Shown here piece after piece: positions 1 through 13,499 of a DNA stretch of 64,000 nt. This DNA is from Tubiluchus corallicola. Its lineage: Eukaryota; Animalia; Priapulida. Numbering within the stretch: position 1 is the first letter of the stretch; every line of letters starts with the position of its first letter. The stretch lies in contig JAQGDQ010000469.1 in the NCBI GenBank assembly GCA_030141605.1, positions 62,001 to 126,000 of the forward strand, given 5' to 3'. The position numbers and the translations under genes were made by a program. The notes beneath the pieces were generated by a model. The model saw only the letters and a list, made by a program, of their open reading frames with translations. It had not been told where the DNA came from and did no database searches.

Positions 1-575
1 GAGAAAAAGTTAAACGAAAAACACTCATGTCCGAAATTTCAGAAGGCGGTGCAAATATGGTGGATTTGGAGTCGTTTGCCAAATCCTTGAAATATAAGTG
101 GACTCACAGGTTAATGACAACAGATGGAACTTGGCAAGAGGTAGCAAAAATATTCTTAGAAAAACTGGATAGAATGCCATTTTGGAAAATGGAAAAAACT
201 TTTTTAGTAGAGAAGAGTGTAATGCTTGGGAATCCCTTCTAGCAAGAAGTAATTATATGCTGGTGTGAAATATTAAGAAATCCGATGACTCTAACGGATT
301 ATTTAAAGCAGGCATTGTGGTATAATAATAATATAAAGGGAATATTTCAAACAATGGTGGGCGCAAAATACAAGTAATGTTGTGATTTTTGGAAAGTTTC
401 CGTGTAAAAATTTCCTATGTTTAAATAAGACCATTTTAATAGTAAAATATTGTATGTGGTGTACTCGAAGCAAATTACAATCACTGAATTTTAGTCATGT
501 AGTGAGCTGTATTAAATATATGTGTAAGCTGGAGAAATATGCAGGTGCCAACCTTGAGATGCTTGAAAAAGGGAG
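1..575 (+). mobile_element. Decayed L1/Tx1-clade LINE, ORF2 C-terminal part
   Basis: KVKRKTL..EGG..MVDLESFAKSLKYKW...NPF* resembles the L1/Tx1 post-RT region; stops and deletions present. Confidence 0.7.
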
Positions 576-1334
576 TACTACATAGTATTAATATAATACA
601 GAGAAAAGGGAGCAGCAACGAAGGCAAAACACCTATAGGTATTTCACAAGTTCCACAAGTGTTTATCTACCTTTTTAACAGTTAATATTAGTGATGCTAA
701 TAGACTGACAAATGTATACGTATCAAGTCATTTTATAAGGCTATACAAACTAATAAGCAAATGTTACTGACAGTGTTACAAGCGAGAATTTCTCGAAACG
801 GAACTGCAACTAACTCGTGGTTATTTGTTCAGGTGGCGATAACAAAAAAGTACTAATCACTCGCTCTGAGACCTCTATGAACTGCTTCACGAATGTTCTT
901 TTTTGTACGTGGTGCCTGATCAAGTTTTGCCAAAAAAGAACCGGGAATAAGATTCCGATTTGGCACTCTATACCCGCCTTCACAAAGTTTCTTGAAAATT
1001 TGTTAGATGATTTATGCGTAATAGGCTTACTGCCATAAGAGACAAAAACAAACAAACAAACTGTCTTATGAAATTTTAACGGTTTTTTGTCACGCTGTCA
1101 TGTCTAAGTCATGTCACGGCTACTAATTTCTCTAACGAGGTCAGTGTGTTGGTGCTCCAAAGCCCGCAAGTTATGGACCAAACGACAGACACTATTCCAA
1201 AAGAACATAAACCCTACATCTGCAGGGGCATAAGAAGAAAGCGCATACATATCAAGTCGTACGACATAATAATTTTGTGACCAATTTCCTGATTTAAAAC
1301 GAACCACTGTGCATTCGAAAACATAGAATAGTAA

Positions 1335-1690
1335 AATATTATATATGGTGTACTCGAAGCAAATTACAAACACTGAATTTTAAAAGTGCAGTGAGCTGTA
1401 TTAAATATATGTATAAGGTGGAGAAATATGAAGGTGGAGACAACCTTGGGATGCTAGAAAAAATTGAAGCTAGTTGGTTACCCTTGAAATATATATTCTA
1501 ATGATTTACTGAACAACCAAAATTGCCAGAGTGTAGTCAAAGCAAATTTACTGATTGCAACTAATTGCATTCATTCATTTCCTTACATTCAGTTAATGCT
1601 AATATTTATTTATGTTATTCTAAATGTCTTGGTTTTCGTAATTTGTAAAGTATGTTTTGTATTAAATAAAATGTCAAATAAAAAAGAAGA
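1335..1690 (+). mobile_element. Second 3'-end fragment of the same L1/Tx1-like LINE
   Basis: About 1335-1460 aligns by eye with 445-570, then continues to a stop, a 3' UTR, AATAAA and an A-rich tail. Confidence 0.6.
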
Positions 1691-1746
1691 AACGATATAA
1701 ATAATTGTACGTAAAGCGAATTTGAGAGTTTGAAGAGCAGAGATGC

Positions 1747-4105
1747 TATCGGCATCGGTGCAGCTAACAACATTTCAATTTATGAACACAAAGTTCTCTT
1801 TCAACATACTTCTTATTAGAATTCTTTGGATATTATCATATTTAATTTGTTGTTGAATTGGTTGGTATTGGTCTCGTTTGTAATCATTTATTATTAATAT
1901 AACGTTGGTGCTGGTAGTTGTTTTTATTTTAATCTAAGTGTCATTACACTGTTATTATGTGTTAAAATCTAACCTGCGTTTGGTTGAAGATTCTCGCCAA
2001 TACTGTTTCTTTGTATAATAATTATAATAAAATCCTAGTTATGGTACAAATTCCACAGATTGAAGAATTGGTTCAAGATAAATAATAGCAGTTGGTGTCC
2101 TTCATCTTTGTAGAAGAATTTTTGGTAAAATGTTGTGGCAAACATTTTAGCTTTGTTTAAGGACATGGTAAGAATTGTTCGAACAAAAATATAATAGCAT
2201 GTTTCCTACGTTTGTATTGATCATATAGTTGGTAGGAAATTGAACTGTGCACTAATTCTATATATTTCAGTTTGGCAGATCCTTTTTGTATTAATTTCTA
2301 ACAACGAGAAAAATGCTCTTTGATTCATCCGTCATTCATCTATCATCAATTGTGCTGCTTCAAACTGTGGCAGAACACAGTTTCTATTTGCAACAGACTT
2401 AGCTTCATAGGAGTCTTCACATTCGTAAGTTCAGAGTTGAAGACAAATTGATGATAAAAGTGCGCGATGGTTTGAATTTATCCGAGGAAGAATTTCCATT
2501 TTATTAAAACACAAAGAGAATTTAGAAGCAGCAAGAAAAGGAGTTTCCGAACAATTCACCAGATTTATAGTTAACTTGCAGATCATAATTTATGTACAAT
2601 TTTACATTGAATTAAGAAAAAAATCACGTAAATTTTAACTGTTGCTCTGGGGCCGGATTTAACCACCTTTGTAGTGGTTAAACATATTGTGGTAGGGTCG
2701 ACTTTTGGTTTGTTATTTGAACCATTGACTTTTTTAAGATCTTTCCGGAAAACATTAGTGTTAATATCCTTAATATTCATAAGTTTTCCTTTGCATTTAT
2801 TTTAAAGGATCTGTGTTTTCTTTGTTTTAGGCATTTATATTTCTTTTTGGCGCCATTACACTGTTTCATTACTGTTTGATTTGGAAGAAATTTGGTTAGA
2901 AGTCTGGACAGCGAATGTACTTTGTTCGGCATTGATGTTCATTCACTATCGTACCAAACCTTATTTCTCTATTCTTTACTGCTGCATTGGTTTCTGGGCT
3001 ACACATTAGATATTTTTAGTATTCCAGTACAGGATGAAATTTCTTGATATATGTACTGTATATCGGCAACGGTGCAGCTAACAACATTTCAATTTATGAA
3101 CACAAAGTTCTCTTTCAACATACTTCTTATTAGAATTCTTTGGATATTATCATATTTAATTTGTTGTTGAATTGGTTGGTATTGGTCTCGTTTGTAATCA
3201 TTTATTATTAATATAACGTTGGTGCTGGTAGTTGTTTTTATTTTAATCTAAGTGTCATTACACTGTTATTATGTGTTAAAATCTAACCTGCGTTTGGTTG
3301 AAGATTCTCGCCAATACTGTTTCTTTGTATAATAATTATAATAAAATCCTAGTTATGGTACAAATTCCACAGATTGAAGAATTGGTTCAAGATAAATAAT
3401 AGCAGTTGGTGTCCTTCATCTTTGTAGAAGAATTTTTGGTAAAATGTTGTGGCAAACATTTTAGCTTTGTTTAAGGACATGGTAAGAATTGTTCGAACAA
3501 AAATATAATAGCATGTTTCCTACGTTTGTATTGATCATATAGTTGGTAGGAAATTGAACTGTGCACTAATTCTATATATTTCAGTTTGGCAGATCCTTTT
3601 TGTATTAATTTCTAACAACGAGAAAAATGCTCTTTGATTCATCCGTCATTCATCTATCATCAATTGTGCTGCTTCAAACTGTGGCAGAACACAGTTTCTA
3701 TTTGCAACAGACTTAGCTTCATAGGAGTCTTCACATTCGTAAGTTCAGAGTTGAAGACAAATTGATGATAAAAGTGCGCGATGGTTTGAATTTATCCGAG
3801 GAAGAATTTCCATTTTATTAAAACACAAAGAGAATTTAGAAGCAGCAAGAAAAGGAGTTTCCGAACAATTCACCAGATTTATAGTTAACTTGCAGATCAT
3901 AATTTATGTACAATTTTACATTGAATTAAGAAAAAAATCACGTAAATTTTAACTGTTGCTCTGGGGCCGGATTTAACCACCTTTGTAGTGGTTAAACATA
4001 TTGTGGTAGGGTCGACATTTGGTTTGTTATTTGAACTATTGACTTTTTTAAGGTCTTTCCGGAAAACATTAGTGTTAATATCCTTAAAATTCATAAGTTT
4101 TCCTT
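1747..4105. repeat. Near-identical direct duplication, 1747-2791 = 3061-4105 (1045 bp, offset 1314)
   Basis: Line-by-line match with a handful of substitutions; the paired 65-aa ORFs differ at three residues. Confidence 0.95.
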
Positions 4106-4219
4106 AGAAACTGGGAATTTAGTCCTGTGGGTTGAGTTGCACTGCTTGCATCGCCTTGGGAAGTATTTACTTCTTCCGGTTGGTTTCTAGAGCACTTCCG
4201 GTTATCACTTGAATTTTTG

Positions 4220-4720
4220 CTATTTCCCTTCTAATATTCTTTTTAGATTGGATGCGAACATATTAACGCCATCACTGTTCAGGTGATGCAAATCACTTTG
4301 ATAAAATAATAATAATAATAATTTTATTTAGCACATAGTCCAAGGATAGAACCTCAAGTAACTCAATACATATTTCCAAGGTGGTCCTGATTACTATTAC
4401 CCACACGTTACTTCAATAAACCGGTTAGTCGAAGAACCAGCGGTCCCATTTTTCAAGTATTGGATATGACCCGATCGAAAGTTAAACCCACGACCTGCCG
4501 GGTGGTGAGCGAGCATGCTAACATTGAGCACGTCACCCGGTATCAACAAAATCTTTGGGATGCACTTTTTGTCGTTTGACTGTTTGCCCGCAAGCTATCG
4601 TAAATACATCACGTTCTTGCTGCAAGTTTTTGCGACGGCATGGTGTTGAATAGTTTTATTGTGTATTGTAGGTTTGCTATACCTGAGGTGGTGATTATAA
4701 TTACAGTAAAAAACTATTAA
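4220..4720 (-). mobile_element. SGNH-esterase-type LINE ORF1 remnant, interrupted by a SINE
   Basis: Minus-strand YQSDLHHLNSDGVNMFASNLKRIL* (DxxHLNxxG) at about 4225-4303. Confidence 0.5.
4305..4540 (-). mobile_element. tRNA-derived SINE with (TTA)n tail
   Basis: Minus strand: tRNA-like head with degenerate A/B boxes, then GGTCATATCCAATACTTGAAAATGGGAC core, ending AATAAAATTATTATTATT. Confidence 0.65.
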
Positions 4721-4955
4721 AAACATGTAAAAGTCAGCAACTTAGAATTGTAAATGGCCGATGTTTAAGTGATTCATCCTATAAGCCTATTGGTACATTA
4801 CTAGTTGTGGTGAATAAATTTATAAATCGATGATTTTCGATATTTTGGTATAAAGTTGCCTGCCTCCCTGATTGCATGAATAAATTTACAGATGGTGCAA
4901 TAAGAAACTCACTCAGCTGAAAGCCCGGATTTAATGAACTGTAAACAGCGTAGGT

Positions 4956-5890
4956 TGTCAGAACTAAAAATAGCGTTTACGTCAGGACATTCTAAGATGC
5001 TTAGGATAATTAGCTAACATTAAGTTAAGACGGAAGTACCGTTTATAATGAGTGATATGCACAAATTGCTAGTAATTAACAAAAACTCTGCGAGGTCATT
5101 GTTTCTTGAAGAAAGAACACGGATACGTTTTACGGGCGTATAATGACTGCGTCCTCAGACTTGCCCCATAAAATTTTAATGCTTCATGCGACGTAGAAAC
5201 TGCAAGGTTACTGCAAGGTTACCTCAATGAAATATAAGCCCCGGGTTCGAATAACCCAGCGCTCGTTCCACCCGGTCGTATTGGAGGAGACACGTGCTGT
5301 GTGTACGGTAAATCACACAAGGAGGGCTGTTTGACAGACGAGACGACTCTGGAAGTTCAGCGTAGACATCTTTCTGCGTTCCTAGGATACTCTGGGCACT
5401 GAGCAACGAGAAGTCTTGTATCAGCTATCGGAATTGACCAAATTGTACTGGGTACATTGGGTCAAATCCGCAGAGTTAAGTAATCATAACATATTGGTAA
5501 AACTGAGAATTAACTGTGCATATCGTCGGTAGTTCGTATAAGTTCACATTGTACTATAGTGAGGATAAGTGTAAAGTATACACCGTAGGTGATAGGAATT
5601 GAAGAATTGTTCAGAGAGATACTTTTGGGAAGCTAACAAAATAGTTGTGAGCGTCAAAAGCGCTTAAGGACTAAATCTTGTAAGATATACTTAAGCAGTA
5701 ATTATTGTAAATCAATAAAGCAACTCTCTTTGACATTTAACGATTGAGTTAATGTATGTTATCAGTAATGTTTAACTCAAGCAACACTATTTCCGATATA
5801 CGGATCTGACTAGTTCGCTTTGAATTAACTATCGCTCATATTGCGGTTGCGTAGCTAGGAAACTTGGGAGATATAGACCTTTTCTCACAA
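4956..5890 (+). mobile_element. Possible solo LTR
   Basis: Starts TGTCA, TATA-like ATATAAG near 5232, AATAAA near 5715, higher GC than flanks. No TSD found and the 3' end is uncertain. Confidence 0.3.
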
Positions 5891-6494
5891 CGCGAAGGTC
5901 AAGGTGAAGTTTAGATAAGACGATCATTGCTTACTAGACTGATATCCAAAGCTCTCGGAGTCAGGTGAAGGATTCACCTTATAGCAATAAGAAATTAAGC
6001 GGACATATTAAATTCAATCTATACGATATATAGATTTAAGTCACCTTACACTATACGATCAAGATTAACGGAGACATTAGGCATTGTAATTTAAGGAGGT
6101 GATATAATTGACTACTGTATAATTGACGCTGAACTATTACGTAGCTTTGTATATTTTAAAGTAAGAAATAATCTTTGATGAGGTGTGAAGTGAGATGCAC
6201 GTATATTTTTGGAACACACACTTTAATGGAATTTCATAATACCTGAATCGATTTCAATAAATAATTTTACACTGTGAAGTTCATCATGGTGCGAGGATAT
6301 TAGTCTGAAATAAAAAAAATTATATCTTGAGCAACTGAAAAGCTATTAGTAAAATTGGGTTTGACAGTGAAAATTAGCTGGGAGTCAAACAAGAGCAGGT
6401 TTCGACTCATTAATGTAGCATTGCTAGGCACCAGTGCTGATAGACTCTTTCGCAGAGAGCTCATTTGACGTCCCAACACAAAAAACAGGTACGT

Positions 6495-7020
6495 ATAATG
6501 GCAGACTCTAGCATAAGGAAAAGCTGTACTGCCCGCAGACAAACAAAAACTGCACGAGAACTTTTATCATTTGTCTGCGATAAATGCTTTAAGAGACATG
6601 CCTCCTGTCTACACAGACAATGACGACATCCAGGCTCGCCACGCAGAAGCAGGAGCAATTTGACAGCGTCTCAATATTCTGACCTCAGATTTTGCTCTTA
6701 CCTCATCGATAACAAATTAATAGAATTAGCCATAGATTTGATTCATAAAGCTGACAGAGATGACGTACAATTAGTGGTCGATTACTTGAGCCAGGAAGTC
6801 AGTCACCCATGAGTATTTTTCGAAACTCGAACTACTTTAATAAAGCTGCTTATATGGAAATTAAGCATGCATTTGACGATAAACTGCATACAATGAAGAA
6901 TTAAACTTACTCTTCACGATGGAAGAGGCAGAATTTGCTATAAAGAAAGTGAAGTCAAGAGGGAAGTTCTTGGACAATTATAGGATACACCCCATCATGA
7001 TAAAACATTTGGGTCATTTC
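6495..7020 (+). mobile_element. LINE remnants: PHD-like ORF1 start and pre-RT fragment
   Basis: MADSSIRKSC...FVCDKCFKRHASC and ELNLLFTMEEAEFAIKKVK...IHPIMIKHLG. Confidence 0.4.
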
Positions 7021-7279
7021 GCTAAAACGTTTTCTTTAATCTGATAAATTTGTTCTTAAAGGAGCGGTGTACATGTAGTTCTGGTTTTCGAATTATATTT
7101 TCGTCTGCTTCTTAGTGACAAATGCGATGTCTAAATAAGGCCACTAAAATCGTAAGTTGCCATAAATGATTCTACTTTTAGTACTAATTATCATGTAGTG
7201 ACAATATTAATTTCATGTGTGACATATTGCTAATATTTTATAAAGCAACAATAGTATATCTTCCCGTTTTAGTGCTATT

Positions 7280-8390
7280 GAACGTACTTCCATCATAGCT
7301 GGTGTGTTTTGTGACCTCTAGAAAGTCTTTGATACAGTTGATTATAAAATATTATTACAAAAATTATTCTTTTACGGCTTTAGAGGGGTAACAAATAAAT
7401 GGCTGAGAAGTTATTTTCTTTATCGTACTCAGTGTCTCAGATGCCATAATTATACTTCTAATGAATTAACTATTAATTGCAGATTCCTGCGAGGGTCTAT
7501 TTTAGAGAATTTCTTATTTTTCATATATATTAATGACATAAAAACATTTTTAATTGCTCTACTATAATTCAGTTTGCAGACGATACCACTTTGTTTTTTG
7601 ACTTCATAAATTTCAATCTAATTAGTATAAATGATATCTCCAATATAGATGATATCTCCATTTGGTTTAAGGCTAATAACCTATCTTTTAATGCGTCCAA
7701 AACTAAATATATTTTATTTCGATTTAAAAATAAACCCATTCTCCCCAATATTAACTTGCATATGGATGGTATGGTATTTCTATTGAACGGGTTCGGTCTA
7801 CTTAATTTCTCAGTTTAATCCTTCACGAACAGCTTGATTGGAATTTTCATATTAAAATGGTTAGTTTAAAGATTGCTAAAATATTGAAATAATTTCTTGT
7901 ATCAGCCATTGTTCACCTGCTTCCCATTTAGAATCAGTTTATTATTCTTTAATTTTTCCCTATCTAAGTTATGTCAATTGTCTTTGTTGTATTACTTATA
8001 CAACTAATCTAAATTCTTCAAGGTCCCTTTGGAGAAAATTTTGCCGTTTATTTTTTTGGATTAAATAAATTTGCAATTATAAATGAATCCCTATTTAAGC
8101 AGTGCAAAATTCTTTCCATTGATAATATAGTATTTTGCAATATAGCAGTCTTTGTATATAAAACTAATTACAAACTGCTTCCGGATTTTTCGATAAACCT
8201 CTAAAAATGAATGTGAAGCAATACACAATATAATTATTATTGTCTAGGTTATGTTCGTACTAATGTTGCCAAGCATTGTGTCAAATTTTATTGACCTCTG
8301 AATTGGAGTTATCTGCCTGACAACGTTAAAAATCAACATACTGTCTTCAAGTTTAAAAAAAATGTTTTATGTATTAGACCATAACTCTAA
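7280..8390 (+). mobile_element. Decayed CR1/L2-group LINE reverse transcriptase
   Basis: GVFCDL*KVFDTVDYKILLQKLFFYGFRG..WLRSY, GSIL..FIYIND, FADDT, WFKANNLSFNASKTKYILF; many stops and frameshifts. Confidence 0.85.
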
Positions 8391-8929
8391 TATATTTCAC
8401 CTGTATTTATTTTCAAATTCATCTTTGAAAGTAATTAATCGAAGTAAGTGTAGAACAACAAGAAGAAGAAAAGTAAAGAAAAAGAAGTAAGAACAAGTAG
8501 ATTAATTTGTCACCTGTCAGTTGTGCCCGGTTGCCTCCTCTGTTGTACATTGCCCAGTTGGTTGCTATGGCTCATTAATGTAAATTCTAATGCTTATTCT
8601 AATGTAAATCTAATCCTTAAATCCTTTCATTCTCCATCGTTTCACCATCTTTGTCACCACATCTTCTCATTCATAACCTTCATTATTTTCTTCTTTTATG
8701 TTGCAGCTCCTGCACCCCATTATTGCATATCGCCTATTCGGCTCAGATCTTACAAGTTTTACTTTTGATCTAATACGAAGATTTGTCTTGCTCATTGCAA
8801 ATTATGTCATTTTTGTGTAAACTGGCTTTGGAACTAAACTAAACTAAGCTAAACTAATGCCTGCAAATAGAGGCTCATTGTACTATTTGTATAATAATAA
8901 AGATTTATCACTATTATCATCATCAATTT

Positions 8930-9690
8930 ACCTGAAGGGTTTCCTAACGAATCAACTAAACGTTCACATTTCGACTGTAGTAAATAAACAGTGTCACAGT
9001 ACATATTAACATACTCGTTTAAGCTTAAAGCAGACCTGTCTAAGTCGTTAAGAGCCACATTAATCATATCGACTTTTGGTTCACTTTGTACTGAGAATAA
9101 CTTGATTCAGACTACCAAGGGTGTAAATGGACATTTGTTTTGTCGTCGAGGTACCGTTGCATCAACCTTTTTGCTATAAAGTCGGGAATAAATAAAACTT
9201 CCGTTACCTGTTGATTGGTGACTTGTGTGCGTCTGCGTCTTTGCTCCACGATGATTGGTCGATTTTGGTCTCTTTTTTTCGAAACCAGTTGTATCTCGGC
9301 TCGTTAGCAGCCTGTTGTGTAGCTCCTTGATCCATTTGCTTTTGCCTGAAAGGCGTTCATTGACCGCATTAATTTCGCTACTTAAATTTTCTTTTTCCAA
9401 TATTAACTGGTGCTTTTGTTCTTGAAGATTCTCTATTTTGTTTCTTATGTCGGCTATTTCGTAGTCTTTCTCTTTTAAGTCCATGACATGTTTTTCTGTA
9501 TTTTATTTATTGTCTCTTATCTACCTGCCTCTCGTCTTCTAATTTGTGCTTCAAACTTCGTGTTCCTATCGCTTGAGGTAGCAATGTTATTCGCTTCTCA
9601 GAAACGTTTCATCTTCTTGTTTATGTAACAACTTATTTACCTCTGCACTACTCACAAATTGGCAGCCATTATTCTTGTTCTTCATCTCTA
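8930..9690 (-). mobile_element. LINE ORF1 remnant (coiled coil plus SGNH-like block)
   Basis: Heptad-rich MDLKEKDYEIADIRNKIENLQEQK... followed by INVALNDL (GxND-like); disrupted. Confidence 0.45.
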
Positions 9691-9879
9691 TAAGAAGCTG
9701 TTTGGTTTAAACATAATTTATTGAAGATGTAACATATGCTAGGTTTGAAACAGACAGTTTTACTACTGATATATGAACTGATAGTGGGAGCGAAATGCTA
9801 GACAGATGCAGAACAATGGTGAGCACAATGTACAAAAAATGTTGCAATAAATATGAACATTACTATGTAACAAGAGTAA

Positions 9880-10260
9880 CAAAGTTAATACTATTTAAAG
9901 CGCTTACTGTTTGAAACAAAAGACTGCACTAAAACAAAAATTGGAGTGTTCACAGAATTATCTAGAGGATATGGTTCCCATGCAGGAACAAACGTACAAG
10001 TTCGTTTGATGAAAGACGGTAAACATTGATGTTAAAAGCTGACAAAAGAGTGCAGAGATTTGTAAATAAGTCATGTCTGGCTTTGTGGTGAAGAGGACTG
10101 CTAATTATGTAATGACAGACTGCTTCATAAGCAGAACCACATTGATAATTGGGTGATATTAGCGACCCATCGTAATTTTTACATTTTCTGAGGTGGATTA
10201 GCAAAAGCAGTTGAGTGGCAGCTGTAACTAGAAGTTTTCCTTATTACGGACTAGATACAA
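9880..10260 (-). mobile_element. LINE ORF2 C-terminal fragment
   Basis: CGSAYEAVCHYIISSPLHHKARHDL...LFLHGN resembles the C-terminal CxG..E..HY..C..R motif of CR1/L2-group elements. Confidence 0.55.
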
Positions 10261-11816
10261 TGAAATACCCTTTACACGAGGATGGAAAATATTAAAAAGG
10301 TAGGCTACTCGTTCGACTATCTCAGAATAGGATTATTTATTTTATCAGATGTATAGTTTATATTTAATAAATTATGCAAAGTGCATTGACACTTTGAATT
10401 ATTATTATTAAATAAAAAATGACAATGGACGCTGCCACTAAAATTAATCTTGCTCAATTCCTGACCTATGTCTAGTGCCCTGCTTGGGCAGCTCATGTAC
10501 CCGCATTCTACTTCGACTAGTGTCCTACTGCGCTCCCGACTGATTGTTCTGAGTTTTACCATGGGTTTTCCATAGCAATGTTCATAAGCTCGCCAAGCTT
10601 CTCTCCACACCATTTATTAGCAGGGTACCTGTTTCGCTGTATATGCAGTATTAATTCTGATAGTTTTGCTACAGACGGTCACCTTGTAGCTAATTGTGAT
10701 GCGCTCAGATGTTTCCTTCACTTCCGTTTGTGCTCGTGGTTCTAATGCGTTCATTGCATATCCCTTCACGACGACGAATATTTGCGTAGTTTTGACAATG
10801 CCGTACGAAAATGTCCATAAAGGCCTAATTACATGAGATACTAGTGCAAAACTATAATATTTTCTGGAAGAGAATTAAATTTTCGTTTTAGCACTGTAAA
10901 TGAAATGCTTAGATTTTTTATTTAGTTGAGTAATTAACAGCAAGATACGAAATGTCTGTAGATTTTCAAAGTACTTTCGTTACAACGTCTCATGGTGGTC
11001 TCCTGCTAGTATCTAAAACTGTTTAGCATAAAAACCGTAGAGCATACTTTTATGTAAAAATGCAAAAAATATTCAAAGCACTCTCACTTTGCAAATTTGA
11101 TAGCTGTTCAAATGCACAAGGGCGTTATGAAACTTGTAACAGCAATGTAAGGCTTGCTGAAGATGAGTCTGCCCTGCGCAACTGTTGAATTGACAGGCGC
11201 ACTTCCAGCATGATCAGTAGCAGCAGCAGCTGTATAGTAAGTTAGCCTGCATCGCATCGTATTGTTTTATGAATTTGTCTTACTTGCAACAGATTTTTCA
11301 ATTCTGAAAGTTTGGTAAAATATACACAGTATTATTAACTAGAAAAACGTACAGAAATATTAACCAGTTAATACATACACGTAACCGACTGCTACCCAAG
11401 TGATAAATCCAGTTTTAAAATTGTTCAAAATTTCAAGAAAACGCTGTCAATATTTTTTCGTTCTTCGTATTGTACGTTCAAAAGCACAATGACATTCAAG
11501 TGTGTTCAGAACGAATCACTTCCAGCGCTTGCTGCTGTCACATTCTTTGAGCACACGCCCAGATTGCAACAAAAATTCCTTAGCGGTAACAATAATAGCC
11601 TGACCTAAATACGGAACGGCAGGTCAACGTTCGATGCTACGCTGATATGCTGTACCAGCGCAAAGCAAAACTTTTGTTAATTAGTTTGCAAAAAAAAAAC
11701 TTCTTCAAAGACTGACAACGAAGAACACAACAGAACATTTTTGTTCTTATATAATTTACTAGTATTTTAGCTGGTTCTTTATTAAATTTGGGGATTGGAA
11801 AACTTTAATAAGACAT

Positions 11817-12166
11817 TGTTTTTACCCGTCACAGATAACGTTTTTTGTTTGTTTGTAGTCACAAATTGCACTTGTATTCAGCATATCGATATATATTTCA
11901 AGTAAGCTTTGACGTTCGCCGGATATACTGTGAGTCGACTACACAAACTGCAAGAAATAGTCTCAGAACACAGCAAGTAACTGTTTAACAGGTATATTAC
12001 TAGTAGATTCAACGCAACAGAATATCTTCACATGAACAAAGCTCATTAACTGATACAGAACGCTATGAAACAGAAAGCACAGCAAAATTATTTAGATTTA
12101 ACAGAAACACGTCAGCAAGCGACGCCATTTGCGCTTCGCTCTCTCTGCGCTGAATATGGGGTAACA
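11817..12166 (-). mobile_element. Possible solo LTR, about 350 bp
   Basis: Imperfect inverted ends TGTTTTTACCC...GGGGTAACA (TG..CA); no TSD. Confidence 0.3.
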
Positions 12167-12516
12167 TGCCCAATATGTTGTACTGTTTCATTGGAATACT
12201 TCAATTATAGTTGTCATAAATAGTTGTATATACCCTACAGCTATTACTACCGGTTTTGAGTGGATAGACGAGTTACGAGGCGCAGGTAGAAACAAGAAAC
12301 AGAACAAAACTAAAAGGGAAAAAAACGAGTGGAATCCACAGATAAACTTTAACTTACAGTTAACACGTTACCCACTGGTTATTTGAGCGGAGAGAAGGCA
12401 GAAGACGTGTGAATGATACAAAAACTGGAACAGCAGAAAAGCAAAAAAATTTACAGTCCATGTTTCTTTTCGTAAAGAATTAATCACAAGTGGGTCACTT
12501 TGTATTTAACTCACAA

Positions 12517-13373
12517 GAAAACCCTCCGCTTACATAAAGCTTAAAAAATTCGTCTCGAAATTTTATACCACTTACATACTACCTTTTCGTATTGCATTGG
12601 CCGTAACGCTGTATAAAACATGTAAATTTAAAATCCCGCGATGACCGTTAGCCGCAGCCATTTTAAGGGTAAGTCGTTTGAAACAAGTTTAGATAGCATT
12701 GTGTAAAGTTTGAAAAAGTAATCAGCGCATTCGTAGCACTCTTCTCTAATTAAACAAAAGTAGTAATTACCGATTGTTGTCAATAAGATCAATAATGTGT
12801 TTTTAGTGAATCAGTGGTGCACACTGGGATGGTGATGCAGTGCTGTTTTACCACGTTGCGCAATCTTTTAAATTACAGCATTGAGAATTTTCTAATAAGT
12901 CTTTGATGATAATTTTTTTGATAAGTCTTTTAAATAGCTATGCGTAACGCAAAGTAATATTATATGATATAACTGGAAAGTTTTTTGAGATATACTTTAA
13001 AATCCCCTTTCTTCCCCTTTGTGCATGTTTGTTTGTTTATTGGAGAATCCTTCAGGCTGAAGTACCATGACTACAACTTCAGTAACTTAACGACTTGGCT
13101 TCAGTGGCTTTATGATAATTCTAGGAACTAGGAAACAAAGTTAAACAAGGACTGTTGAAAATAATTTAAAATTTCCTTTTCTTTCCCTGATTTACGTGGT
13201 GTAGTGACGTCATGTAATGGCGCCGTCGGAACAGTATTGCGGGAGATTTAAAATGAAAACAAACGAAAATTTCTTTCAACGCGAATACGATGTGCATAAA
13301 ATTGCTGCTAAGTAGTATAATTTTTTAAGGCGATTTTTCTGAAACCAACTTCAGGTGCTCCTTTTCTTGTCCT
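12517..13373. mobile_element. TTAA-flanked (Kolobok-like) non-autonomous DNA element, family A copy 1
   Basis: Ends CTTCAGGTGCTCCTTTTCTTGTCCT|TTAA; homologous to 27645-28184 and inverted relative to 22952-23395. Confidence 0.65.
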
Positions 13374-13499
13374 TTAAAATAAAATAGTTGCACAATCTTA
13401 TACAATAGAAAAGTTGTTATACATTGTAGTGTGATATCTTAAGCGAACAGGAAATATTAATAAAATTACTCTTTTTAGTTTTGAAAAGTTTCTAACCCT

